NCBI RefSeq assembly: GCF_009914755.1
Contig: NC_060930.1
Direction: 5' to 3' (one strand)
Length of the DNA: 64,000 nt
Source: the human T2T-CHM13v2.0 reference genome, Homo sapiens
Part shown: positions 25,630 to 39,199 of the stretch, piece after piece
Position numbering within the stretch: the first letter of the stretch is position 1
Layout: the number at the start of each line of letters is the position of its first letter
Made by a program: the position numbers and the translations under genes
The notes under the pieces: generated by a model
Told to the model about the DNA's origin: nothing
The model's input: the letters and a program-made list of their open reading frames with translations, nothing else
Databases searched by the model: none

Positions 25630-28600
25630 CCTCATATAACTCCACAATACAGAAATTCATTTTCTAGGCCCTAGCAAGCACTGATCTACTTTCTGCCACT
25701 ATATAGTAAATTAGCCATTTCTAGATTTGCATATAATGTAATGTCATATATTTAATATAAGTTTAATCATGTATCATGTCCTTTTCTGCTTGGTTTTGCT
25801 CAGAATAATCTTTTGGATAGCTATATTTTGCACGTATCCGTCTATATTTGTCATCTATATGTTACAGGTTTATTTATTTTGATTGCTGAATGGTATTCTA
25901 TTTTATGGATATACCACAATTTGTTTATTCTCCAGTTGATGGACAATTGAGGTGTTTCCTGTTTTCAACTATTATGTTGAAGTTTTTTGTACATTCATGC
26001 ACAAATCTAGGTGCACACATATATTTATCTTGGGTAAATGCCTAGGATTGGAAATGCTGAGTAATATGGTAACAATATGTTTATCATTGTAAGAATTGTC
26101 AAACTGTTTCCAACAGTGCTTTTCTTCTAGAAGTTTTAAGGTTTTGCTTTCATATTTATGTCTAAGTTGCATTTGAAGTCAATTTAAGAATATGCTATGA
26201 GGTCACAGTTCAGTTTTATTCATTTTTCATATGGATGTGCAATTGTTCCATTATTTTATTTTGAAAAGACTATCCTTTGTCCCTTTCAATTGGATACTTT
26301 CATCAAAATCAATTGATTACATCTGTGTCAGTCTATTTCTTGACTCTACTCAGCACCATTGTGTCTTGATAAGTCTTCTAGAAGCTATTGGTTTTGCTGA
26401 TTTTTTCCCAAAGATTTTATTGAAATCTTTTGATTTTATTGCTATGATACAGTTTTTATTTTCTAAATCATTGATTTTTAGTCTCTACTTATTTACTTTC
26501 ATTTATTTGTATTTAATTTCCAGTCTTTTTTTTTCTAATTTCTAATTTGAACATCAGTTTGTATAATTTTATCTCACTGCTTCACTAATTCATTATTTTA
26601 AGTTATCTTTGTATTTTGGTATAATTCTCCCCATATATAAAATTTGCAGTTAGTGCAGGGAATTGCCATACGTACTTCACCCAGTTTCTCCTACTGTTGG
26701 CATCTTATTTTATCAAGGTACATTTGTCAAAATTATAAAACTAATATGGGTATATTGTAGTTAACTATACTCCAGAGTTTATTGATATATTATCAGTTTA
26801 CCAGGAATTTCCTCTTTCTGTTCCGTGATCCAGACCAGCTTACCACATTACATTTAAATGTCATGTCACCTTAGTCTCCTCTGGTTTGGGATGGTCTATC
26901 AGCTTTTCTTCATTTTTTATAACCTTAACAATTTTGAGAAGTTATAGGAAGGTGTTTGTTTGTTTGTTTTTTGTTTTGTTTTTGTATTTGTTTTGTTTTT
27001 GTATTTGTTTTTTTGAGACAGAGTCACTCTATGGCTCAGCCTGGAGTGCAGTGGTGCGATCTTGGCTCACTGCAACCTCTGCCTCCTGGGTTCTAGCGAT
27101 TCTCCTATGTTAGCCTCGTGAGTAGCTGGGATTACAGGCACCCGCCACCACACCTGGCTAATTTTTGTATTTTTAGTAGAGACAGGGTTTCACCACGTTG
27201 GCCAGGCTGATCTCCATCTGCTATCTCAGGTGGTCCTCTTGCCTCGGCTTCCCAAAGTGCTGGGATTACAGGCATGAGCGACGGCGCCCTGCCAAGGACG
27301 GTATTTTGAAATTGTCCTTCAGTTAGGGTCTGTCCGATGTTTTTCTCATGACTGGCCGGCATTATGGGTTTTTAGAAAGGATAGCACAGAGGCAATGTTT
27401 CCTTGTTACATTATATCAGGGGTTAAATGACATTCACATGGTATTACTCGTGATGTTAACCTTCATCACTGGGTTCAGGTAATGTTTTCCAGGTTTCTTT
27501 ACTGGAAAGTTACTGTTTTATGTTTCTATATACTTTGGAAGCTGATAAATAAGTTTAACCCTATTACCCCCTACACACACCTTGGGGATTGATTAAGCTC
27601 TACCTCCTGAAGAGGGACCACATAGATACATTATTTGGAATTATTCTGTAAGAAAGATTTTTCTCTTCTCCTATAATTATTTATTCAGTCATATATTTAT
27701 GTCAGTATAGATTTATTTATTTTAATGTCATACATTGGGTTATAATCTAATCTATGTTATGTATTGTTGCTCAGTTTGGTTTTTCACTTTTGACCAGAGG
27801 GAAATTTTTTATGTTGCCTCCTCTGTCCCTTTTCTCCCACCACACTGCTATTGGTATTATTGTTGTTTGAATTCTTCCTTCCTTTCTGGTACTATGAAAT
27901 GCTCAAGGATTCTCTTATGTTTTTCCTGTTTTAGCCCTAAAATTTGCCATTTTTTCCAAGGATCTCTTAGTTCTTTTGTTGGAGAATATATTTTAGATCC
28001 CATCATCTAGGCACAGGAATGCCATTGCTTCTAGCCTTCTCAGTCATCAGTGAATATATATGTATATTAATCAATGTATACACACATATTCATAACTGTT
28101 TTAGTATCTATCCATCTATGAATGCTTATTAAGCTAAATATAAATACATTAGAGTTCTCCAACTCTAATACAGTACATTGGGATCCACTCTAGACCTCCT
28201 TTCTTGCTTATTTGTAACTTTCCCTTCTGACAGTAAGAAACCTGGCTCCCAACAACACTGTTTACTTATTTATTCCACCATAATATACAAGTGCAATGGT
28301 TTTATAATTGTTAACCTCTAGCTCTAAGGTACCAAGTACAGTGTTTATTTACATATCCTTTCAGAACTTTAGCCTTACAGTTTCCAGTCTAAACATTTTT
28401 CCAAAGTTACATTAGATAAGCTCCTTATATTCTTTGCTGGTTTCTTTTTTCCCCATCTCTGTCAGTGTGGTTATATCAAACACCTGTAGAAGAGTTTGAT
28501 TCATTTGTTATCCTCTGTGTGCCATCCTAGTATTCGTCAACATTCTGGCTGACTATTTTTCAATTATATATTTTGTAAAATATTGCCTTGTTTTTGAATT
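25630..28600 (-). mobile_element. Old L1M fragments (L1ME-like and L1MC-like 3' UTR)
   Basis: cactgatctactttctg; tatggatataccacaatttgtttatt; cttcacccagtttctcc. Boundaries approximate. Confidence 0.65.
26955..27293 (-). mobile_element. AluS-like SINE with (GTTT/GTATTT) tail
   Basis: Antisense Alu dimer. Confidence 0.93.
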
Positions 28601-28679
28601 GTCTAAGTGTAAAATTTTAAACATATATTAATTGATGCAGTTTTTCCAAAATATGTCGATATCCTAGCACATAAATTCT

Positions 28680-30700
28680 TGTAGAAAGATATGAGTAGTA
28701 AACACAAAAACAAACAAAACAGTTTAAAAAATACGACAGGGATTCCATTCTAGGATGAAAATAAAAATATAGCAAGGTATGTAGACAGAGTAATCTGTCA
28801 GGAATGCTCTTTTTGATAGGCTTATCAGGGAAGGCCTTTCTGATAAGAAAACAGTTTAACAGGAATTGAAGGAAGTGATGGTGTGGGCTGCAACGATTTC
28901 TGCTAGAGATGTTTTCCATGTAGAGTGAACAGCAAGTGAAATGACTGAAATTGTAGCCAACTTGTAGATGTATTCCAGGAACAGCAAGGAGGCCAGGTCC
29001 TATAGGACACTGTAAACCACTGGGGAAGGATAGAAAGAGATGTGAAGACAGCAAACTATCAGAGTGATCAATCAAATCTTATAGCGATTAACAGACAATT
29101 ATAATGAAATGGATAATTTTTCTAATTTAAATGGATCTATTAAATGATTTCCCATAAGTTTTGTTGTGAAGGCTAAGTGAAGGATGGACTTCAAAGAGTA
29201 GTGAGGAATCAACTTTGGCCAATGTTGCTGGTAGGACCACTAAGATGTGGCCTATGATTGGAGAATAGCAATGTCAGTGCAGTGGCAGAATAAATGTCTT
29301 AATAAATTAGATTCAAGAGACACTGTAAAAATCAGAAGTGGATGCAGAAAATATGGACAATAGTTTCAAAGAGTTTTGCTCTAATGTGAAATAGAAGAAT
29401 GGAGAGGTCATTGGAGGGATATGTGAACACAAGGAAATGTTTTATTTTAAGATGAGAGATATTATACTTGGTTTCCATGGTGATAGAAATGATTCAGTAC
29501 AGAGCAAAATATGTTTGTAGGAGAGAAGGAATAATTTCATAAGTGAGTAAGCAGGAAAGGATAGAATTTTGTGTCCAAGTGGAGGAGTTTACCTTAATTC
29601 ACTTAAATTAAAAAAAAAAAAAAACCCAGAAGGGAAAGCAGTGCATTTGGGTGTAGATGAATATTTGTTGTTATGGTAAGTGCATAAGTGGGTGGGAGAA
29701 GAATGTACAAATTCTATCCTGAATGTTCCACACAGTGTAATAAGAATAAAGATCATCGGTTGATGCTCATAAGAAGAGACATGGAGCTGGAAGGAAAAAG
29801 AAGGCATGACAGAGGCATCAATGGGTGTAGCTAGTGAGTTAACAAGGGAACCCAAATGTAATTATTTGTCAGAACTGAAAATTTGCTTAATGATTGTGGT
29901 CATGATTTAATGTGAAGCAAATCAACACGGATTTCTTATTTTCTCTGCTACATTCAACTCCTTGGCTACTGGTATGATGTGTGCAGGGTTTTATTTAAAT
30001 AGGATTGAGTGTACGGGGCATATATGACAAAGAGAAGAAGGTGTAAACAATTGATTATATAGATATTGTGCTGGGAGTTTTTTTGCTAAAATATAGTATT
30101 AAACAATGGAATATAAGCAAGAAGTAAGACTATGAGTGTATGAGGATAAAAATATAATCTTATTAAGAAGTAATAGGGTAGGAAAAATATTACAGTTGAA
30201 TAACTAGATTAAATCAATTGAAATTTTAGAATGTTGTATCTGGCGCTAAATGTAAGACTGTGGAAGGAGTTCAGATCTAGGATATGATTATTGATATAGT
30301 GATTGAGATGGGGTGAAAAACAAGATCATCTGAGTTGGGAAAGTAAAAGAATGAGTAAGATCTTTTATATCAATATTAAATTCCTAAGAGTTGTGACAAA
30401 TTGTGATGGAGAAAAATGAACCAATTTCTAAAATCCTTGAGAAGTAAGAGTATACTAGGTGGCATATAGAATTCCAAAAGAAAGAGTAGTAAATAATGTA
30501 GCTGAATATCATGAGGTGTTTTTTTTTATTGTTTGTTTTTGGAGAGTCATGTAGAAGAGAATAAAGGTCTAACTTCTTGAAGTACTTGAGGTGTGGGAGA
30601 GAAATAGTCTGAATGTACTACAAAGGAAGGTGTGTTCTCTGGGGTTAGCCAGAATTCAGTCTAACCCCTAAGGTAAAATTAGTTCCATCATAATTTTATG
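28680..30700 (-). mobile_element. Long diverged L2 fragment(s)
   Basis: Purine-rich L2-like text (tcagggaaggccttttctgataag; ggaacagcaaggaggccagg; agacaatagtttcaaagagttttgct-like). Confidence 0.6.
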
Positions 30701-33594
30701 TTAATAGAAAAAGAGTGCAGTTGGAAGTCTTCATCTCATAATCTAAATATTTTCAGTGTTTAAATAAAGCTCACAAATCACTAAATAAATTGAGTTCTAT
30801 CCTTCTACTTCATAAATGTATTTTTATTTTGATAAAATGTGTATTTTAAAGTGACCAAAAATTAGTAAAAGATCAAAGATGATTGAACTTAATTATCCTT
30901 CTGTATGTATATGCTCTGTTGATGGGACAGAAATATTTGCATGAGTGATAAAATGAAAATACTCATCACTCTTGCATTATTACATATTTAATTCAATTTA
31001 TTTTTCTCATTTTAGCAAAATCATTACTTCCACTATTCTAATATTTTCACACAAGTTGTGTACCTATTAACAAAAATAACTGAAACAATATACTTTCATA
31101 AAAGTGTAAACTGACAATGTAAAGCTTTAAAAATAAACTTCATGCCTTCAAAAACTTTTTTCTAAAATATTTGAAATTATTACAATTGAGGACAAAAATA
31201 AGAAATCAAAATAACAAATCAAAATTATTTGAGAAGTGCAGATTTTTTAATTTAAAAATTAATTCAACTGAATTGAATATATTTGGCAAAATTCATTTCT
31301 AGCAGGCAATAATCATCCAGTTACCTATGGGAAGAGTCAGAATTATGCCTTACAGATGTTTTTTCTATATGTATTTCACATGTAGAAATCTTATATATAG
31401 TATTAAATACTTAATATTGTGAGGAATTCATACCTCCACGTAATTAGAAATCATTTACTCTATTGCGAATGTTTTACTAATTTGTGACTACCTCTATAAT
31501 CATAATTGAAACAAAAATAAATATAGGAAAATAGATGTTGAGCACTACTTGGAAATAACACTTCCATATGTAAGAATTTATTGCATTCTTGCTGAATGGA
31601 AGATCTGAAAGTTAATTAATCTGTCTTTTTCCTTCCTTAAGCATTTCTGCTGTTCAAATTCTCTCTGCATTTCATGACAGCATCTACATTCAAGATTCCC
31701 AGAGGCACCATCCACAAAGCTCTACAGCATTTAGATGGAGTTGCAATTTGTTTCTAAGACAGAGGACAAGAAATATGAAGAAGCCTTTCCCTGGAGGCTG
31801 ATCCACGTGATTCAGGAGAGGAAATGTTTAGAGTTAGAAAGACTCCATACAGTGCCTAGCTCCAGATAAGGCTCATGGTTCTTTCACAGTTATGTGTGAA
31901 TATGAATGTGGCTTTTATATATGTGGGCTGCTTTTTAAATGAAAGGTAATTTTCTTTTTTATCAGTCTGGGAGACAAAAACCAATGGATGTGTGAAGTAT
32001 TGGAGTGATGTTAACAGGAGCCCTGAGTGCACTGACTGTCCGCCTTGCAGTCCCACACTGTCGGCCTAGAGACCAGAGGAAGGATCTAGGAGCAGGGAGA
32101 GATCTGTGGCTCCTCTTTGTATTCCCTCTAATGAAGGTGTGAAGGTTAGAGGAAAAATACTGTTACCCAGGTCATTGAAAATACCACGGGTAATTTTAAT
32201 TTCTACTGGATTACTGTAATTTTGTTTTCTTTTTTAGTTTTTAGATTTTTTTATCATTGACTCTTGCTTTTTTATTATTAATAGTCATATTGGCTACATA
32301 AAATGTATAACAAACATTACATTATTTAGTATAATCTGTAATAAGCTATGTAAAATGAGAACTACATGTCCCTTAAGAGTTTAAAAGAACTTTGAGTAAA
32401 ACTGCATTTCTTTGAAAATTTTAAGGAAAAAAAAAAGATATTTTAAAGTTTTACAAAGTGAAGTCCCTCTAATACCAAATTTTCTTTGCAGTCTCTTAGT
32501 CAGGATAGAGTTACTGAGCCTCTATTTCAGCATTCTAGATCCAAACAAAAAGTGGCAATCACCTCTTTGATTGATGATTTACTGTATTGGAGGACTTTGA
32601 GAATTTATTTTAAAATTAAGTATATCCAAAAGATAATTTTATTTATGAGAACTGTAAATATCTGCAGACATTTTCTCTTTCCTATTCTAAAACTTACTAA
32701 AATTTTAGATACAGGAATTCTCTGCTGAAAAAAATATATATATGTATAGATAGATACACACGTATATATATACGAAATGTGAGAAAAAATATATATATAT
32801 ATTCCTTTGATGGTCTTTAATATTTAGTTTAAAAACTTTAAGGAAATCATAAAACTTTTAAATTTCAACTCTCTCTAAGATTATATGGGCAGTTAAGTTT
32901 AAATATAGAGCATATATTTCTTCAGTTAAAAGGAAGTGTGTATTTACTGCTGTTCAATTAGAAAAAGCAATTAACACCTGCCTAATCATAAGCTACACTG
33001 TTTTTTATGTTTAGATTTTCAAAATAGAGCTTGCCCATAAGGACATCTACCTACTGGGGAACATAGAATTATTTTGAAAAGTTTGTTAAGAATTGGCTGA
33101 TTACTTGACCTAAGGATTTAATTCAGCATGAATACACAAAAGAAAGAAAATGTATATTTGCTTGTGTTCAAGTCTGAAATTAAGCTTTGGTCTACGGTTA
33201 AATTAATACAGCCCTGAGAACACCTTGTCTTAACTTCCTAAAAATTAATTTTGAGAAATAGATTTAATAGTACCAAGGTACATTGTTGTTATAATGAAGA
33301 AGGCGAGAATAGTTTTTATTACCTTAATTGACGCGCTTTTATAAAACGTCATTTGCATCTGGATTCTAAAGGGAACGTGAATTATTTTTGCACGATTATG
33401 ATTTGGAGTCATATTGAAATATTAAAAAAATTCATCCTTTTATTCTTAATTGAATTCCAATGCAGTAACTTCAAAACAATGGAAATAGCATGAGGCCAGA
33501 AAGGGGAAAGGGAGTAGTTGACACTTTGCATACCACCAGTAACATGGAATAGGAGGGATGCTACAATTATAGGATGCTACTAAATATGAAAATT

Positions 33595-34030
33595 TATTCA
33601 TTAATTCAGCATTTGTACACTGAGCATCTACTATGTGTCAGCTATCAAGTATGTAATGATGAGCGAAGAAAAAAAAACAAAAAACAATAATCAACCCAAA
33701 AAGTAATACTGTCATATAGATTATAGCATTAAGATTATCCAAAACTTAAACATTCTACAAATAGATGTGAAATTAATTACAAGTGTTAAAGTGTTATTAC
33801 TGCTACAAAAGAAAGGTAATGTTTTGCAAGATCATAGAATAGTCAACTTAACCTTGTAGAAAGATCAAGGAAGTCTTCCCAAGGAATTAAATGATACTTT
33901 CATTATCTTTGCTTTACCTGTGAAGAGCTGAAGTACAGTTAAATAACTTGCTAAAGTTTTCACAACTGCTAAGTGATAAAGACAGGACTGGGATCCATGC
34001 ACTGGTGCCAGAGCCTACAATATTAACCCC
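33595..34030 (-). mobile_element. L2 tail fragment followed by MIR fragment
   Basis: ttattcattaattcagcatttgtacactgagcatctactatgtgtcag; gttaaataacttgctaaagttttcacaactgctaagtg. Confidence 0.55.
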
Positions 34031-35186
34031 TCTAATATACTGTCCGCCACTGAATTCCTTACTATAATGTCAAGAGTTTATTAGGCAAGCTTCATCAGGT
34101 TGACTAAGCAATGGTCATCAAGGGAACAGTAAAGAGAGGTTAGGAGAGAGGAATAATTAGAATTATAATAACTCAAATATGCAGCAACCTCACGAATTAG
34201 GAAAGGAAAAGAAAAAGAAAAATAAATAAATGTATAACTAGCCTTGAATCTAGTTTATGGAAATAAGTAGTTTTCATCTAACAGTCTGCATAGGAAACTA
34301 CATAAGCTCAATTCACAGAATGAAGATAAATGATTATTAAAAATAATCCTCATCTATGACAGAATACTTTGTGCCCACTCCCAATCATATCATTTAAAGC
34401 TAAATTACCAAAAGCATGTCATTTGTCTTTGAATTTCAGGTTTATTAACTGTATAATGGCAATTGAATTACCTTTCCTGGAATTAAAGGTAAACAGTCTT
34501 TTCCCCACATTATTCTGAAATTGATTTTGCTTTGAAGATAACATGTACACTTACATTGTGTTTCTGTTTCATGAAAATCTATTGTTAATGCTAAATATTT
34601 TAAAATAATGTTTTCATTCATTAATTCAATGAATACCTAGAAAATTCTATTGAAGATACTGGACAAAATTAAGAGAGGCATAATTTTGGAGCTTACATTC
34701 TATAGGAGGAGAAAGAAAATTAACAAGTAGACCAAGCCATGTATAAATACAATTTATGTTTATAATTGAATATGGAACATGCAGAAGCCATTCTCAAATG
34801 GATAACTCTAGTCTGGGTGGAAATCAAACATTTCTTGCCCAATGTACCAATGAGACTGTACCATAATAATGTGTAAATATTCCTAATATAAATAATAGTA
34901 TAAGTAATATTTGCTTCAGTGCTTCAATTTCTTAATCAAATACACTAAAGAATAATTGTGGATCTTTAATTTCTACATTTTACATTTACTTTGCTGAATA
35001 ATTATTATATTTATAATATTACCAATATTTAATAACCTACTCTACTGTAGTGGGGCTTCTACGGTAGGAAAGCTAAGATTGTAAATCCTATTATAAAGTT
35101 TTGTTTTTCCCTTAAGCAAAACAACTCCTATTTTTTTTGTGTAAACTCATTTTTCTACAATAATTGGATGTTTTAAAGAGACATAG

Positions 35187-35685
<499 letters not shown>

Positions 35686-35884
35686 TTCTTTGCTTCTTAA
35701 ATTTTCCTTTATTTATTTTCAGAAGTCTTTGTCTTTCTTTTCACTGAGAAAGTCAACCATGGTTTATGGGTCAGCTTAATTTTTTACTTAAAGGAGGTCT
35801 TTCCTAATTACCTAATTTAAATTGATATCCACTCAGATTGTTCTGTTTTATTGTATCCTAATGTTTTCCTTCATCTGTCACATT

Positions 35885-35932
35885 TCAAAAGTATTGCTTA
35901 TGTAAGTCCTCAAAAGTATTGCTTATGTAAGT
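35885..35932. repeat. Perfect 23-bp tandem duplication (25-bp period) within an L2 3' fragment at about 35770-36075
   Basis: tcaaaagtattgcttatgtaagt-cc-tcaaaagtattgcttatgtaagt. Confidence 0.95.
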
Positions 35933-36521
35933 GTTTTAGCATACACTTTTCCTACCACTTGGAGTCTCATGGTCCCAGTGACTACGTGGGTTTTGTTCAC
36001 TGATACATGCCCAGTTTTTAGCACAGTGCCTTGTACAGAGTATGAAATATTTTTCCTGTAAAGAAATGAGTGTTGGATGTTACAGTCTGTGATAATAAGG
36101 AAAATCCTGCCCTTCATTTGTTACTTTCTCTTGCATAAGAAATACTTCACTATTATTTACCTTAATTCTTATCTCAATTCTAATATGCATGCTGGTTTGT
36201 GCCATTGCTAAGCTCTTTTAATTGCAAAAGACAAGAATATTTGTTTTTAACAGAGTAATTTGTTATGATTCCACATCCTCCAACAGTGTCATGGTACAAA
36301 CATAAAATATAATAGAGAACAATGACCAACTTTTATCTCCTTATTCTAGTTTTTATCTCCTTGTGAATTAATTTTAGAACTCAAAACTTAGATAAAAGTA
36401 TCTATGGAGATTTCTTCCTTTTCATTTTACTTTACCTAATTTTATTGGCTTGAAAGACCTCATTGTGCTTAATTAATATCAGTGATCAAATCTATTATGT
36501 TCACTTTCACTATGTAGGTCT

Positions 36522-36934
36522 TTAAGGGGTACCAACCACTCAAATAGTCAAAAAGTCCATGTATAACTTTTGACTAACCCAAAGAGTTAACTACTAATAG
36601 CCTATTATTGACTGGAAGCCTTACCAATAACATAAACAGTCAATTAACACATATTTTCTATGTGATATGTATTAGATACAGTATTCTTACAATAAAATAA
36701 ACTAGAGAAAGGAACATATTATTAAGAAAATCATATGAAAGAGAAAATATGTTTACTATTAAGTGGAAGTGGATCATTACAAAAGTCTTCATCTTTGTCA
36801 TCATTTTGAGTTGGCTGAGGAGGAGAGGAAGAGGAAGGATTGGTTTTGCTGTCCCAGGGGTGGCAGAGGGGGAAGGAAATCTGCATATGAATGCATTCAT
36901 GCCATTCAAACCTATGTTGTTCAAGAGACCACTG
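36522..36934. mobile_element. Tigger2a (MER28) DNA transposon, one terminus missing
   Basis: gtataacttttgact...ttaactactaatagcctattattgactggaagccttacc...gttgttcaagagaccactg followed by TA. Confidence 0.85.
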
Positions 36935-37230
36935 TAAATTAAAAAGGCATCAGATTTTTTCCCCTTGTTTCAATCTTTTCTCCTATGCCTACAAATAAGA
37001 TGTGATAAATGTTAGACTAAGTGATCTAAATAACATGAGCACTGGCCAAGGATATTACTTATAACATGTGATGAACTTACACACATTTTAAAAATTATTT
37101 TGTTTTACTCTGTCTGAGATTTGATTGCCACTTCACCCCACCCCCTCACCTTAAAATGCTTGTACCAAGGGAACTGGAGTCAGGGAACTGAAAAGAGTAA
37201 AGTATAGAAGGAAGAAAAGTCACTCTAAGA

Positions 37231-37560
37231 GTTGTTGTTGTTGTTGTTGTTTGCTTATTTGTTTGCTTAGAGACAGGGTGTTGCTCTGTCACCCAGGCTA
37301 GAGTATAGCTGTGGGATCATGACTCACTGCAGTCTTGAATTCCTGGGTGTAATTGATCCTCCCACCTCAGCCTCTTGATTAACTGGGACTACATGCACAC
37401 ATCACCATGCCCAGCAAATTTTTTAAAAATACATTTTTTTGGTAGAGATGAGGTCTTGTTATGTTGCCCAGGCTGGTCTCAAACTGCTGGCTTCAAGCAA
37501 ACCTCCTTTGTCAGTTTCCCAAAGTACTGGGATTACAGGCATGAGTCACCCTGACTGGCC
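37231..37560 (-). mobile_element. AluJ-like SINE with (GTT)n tail
   Basis: Diverged antisense Alu dimer; ctaagagt occurs on both flanks. Confidence 0.9.
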
Positions 37561-37646
37561 CTACCTAAGAGTATTTTTTAACACTGATTTCTGCTTTGAG
37601 CCACTGGGTCTTGATCCTTCTAAAGACAGTGTAGAATCTACTTGAG

Positions 37647-37717
37647 AATAGAATGGAATGGAATTCAATGGAATGGAATTCAGTGGAATTCAATGGAATT
37701 CAATGGAACAGAATGAA
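37647..37717. repeat. Short (GGAAT)/(GGAATTCAAT) simple repeat
   Basis: gaatagaatggaatggaattcaatggaatggaattcagtggaattcaatggaattcaatggaacagaatgaat. Confidence 0.85.
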
Positions 37718-38777
37718 TCACATAAATGCAACTGAGAATTTTCTGTCTGAAAAATGGAAGGTGGGGATTTTATAGCCATCAGATCCCATCCCTTGTTCTT
37801 TAAAGGTGTGTAAGAGTGTGCATGTGAGCAAGCTTGGCAGGCATCCAGGGAACAAAAGCACAGGAGCCCTAAGAAAGAAAGAAAAACTTAGGCTTTGTGA
37901 ATCTGTCCCTGTGTGCAGCTGGAGGCCACAGGAACATTCAGGACACAAAGATGAGCTAAGAAGTTGTCATGTGTGGTATAAGATGTCTGGCCAACATTGT
38001 GATAGGAAAAGTAATAGATCTAATTATGGTTCATTATTAAGATTCAAGAAAAACGATAAAAAGGGACAAGAAAGAAAAAAAGCACTGATGATACCACTGC
38101 TCAGATAAAAATCATTTATAACTGGGACATTTTTTAGAATACCAGACCAGAATTCTTTCAAATTTCAAAGCAATGAGTAACAATAAATAAGTAAGCAACT
38201 GTCAAAGACCAAAGGAGGTTGAGGAGAAATGACTAAATATAATGTAATATCCTGTATTAGATCTTGGTCCAGAGAAAGAATTTTTAAAAACTGGTAAAAT
38301 GTAAATAAAGCCTTTTGTTTAGTTAATAGAAATGTACTAATTGATACAGGGCTGGCAAGCCCTAAAGTGGAGCTTAGCCCAGGAGGGGGTTCTTGGCCTT
38401 GCCCAGGAAAGAATTCAAGGGTAAGCCACAGGTAGAAGTAAACAACTTTACTGAAGAGGCAGTGGTACAGCTCTATGATTGCTACTGCAGAGCAGGGCTA
38501 CCCCATAGGCAGAGAGTAGGAGCTCAGGGCTGTTTTGCAGTCACATTTATACCTACTTTTAATAACATCCAGATTAAAGGGTGGTTTATGCAGAAATTTC
38601 TAGGGAAGGGGTAGTAACTCTTGGATCATTTGTCATTGCCAAGGAAAGAGGTGGTAATTCCCAGGTATTGCCATGTAACTGACATGGCACACTGGTGGAC
38701 ATGTCTGATGGAAAGCTTCTTCCACTGCAGCCCTGTTTTAGCTAGTTCTCAATTTGGTCTGGTGTCCAAGCCCTGGC

Positions 38778-39179
38778 TGTCAGGCCTCTGAGCCCAAGCT
38801 AAGCCATTATATCCCCTGTGACCTGCACATACACATCCAGATGGCCGGTTCCTGCCTTAACTGATGACATTCCACCACAAAAGAAGTGAAAATGGCCTGT
38901 TCCTGCTTTAACTGATGACATTGTCTTGTGAAATTCCTTCTCCTGGCTCATCCTGGCTCAAAGGCTACCCCACTGAGTACCTTATGACCCCCACTCCTGC
39001 CCACCAGAGAACAACCCGCCTTTTTCCTTTACCTACCCAAATCCTGTAAAACGGCCCCACCCCTATCTCCCTTGGCTGACTATCTTTTCGGACTCAGCCT
39101 GCCTGCACCCAGGTGATTAAAAGCTTTATTGCTCACACAAAGCCTGTTTGGTGGTCTCTTCACACGGATGCACATGAAA
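38778..39179 (+). promoter_or_regulatory. HERV-H 5' LTR (LTR7 family), TATA box mutated
   Basis: 402 bp. SOX-type ACAAAAG at 38877, TGTAAAA in place of TATAAAA at 39045, GC/GT box ggccccacccc, ATTAAA at 39116. Confidence 0.95.
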
Positions 39180-39181
39180 TT

Positions 39182-39199
39182 TGGTGCCGTGACTCAGAT
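39182..39199 (+). other. Primer-binding site, tRNA-His
   Basis: tggtgccgtgactcagat vs TGGTGCCGTGACTCGGAT (one CpG transition). The major splice donor CCG|GTAAGT follows at 39326. Confidence 0.95.

Noticed and set aside
28617-29075. 152-aa minus-strand ORF
   Set aside because: Lies in a decayed L2; non-ATG start and no recognisable domain.
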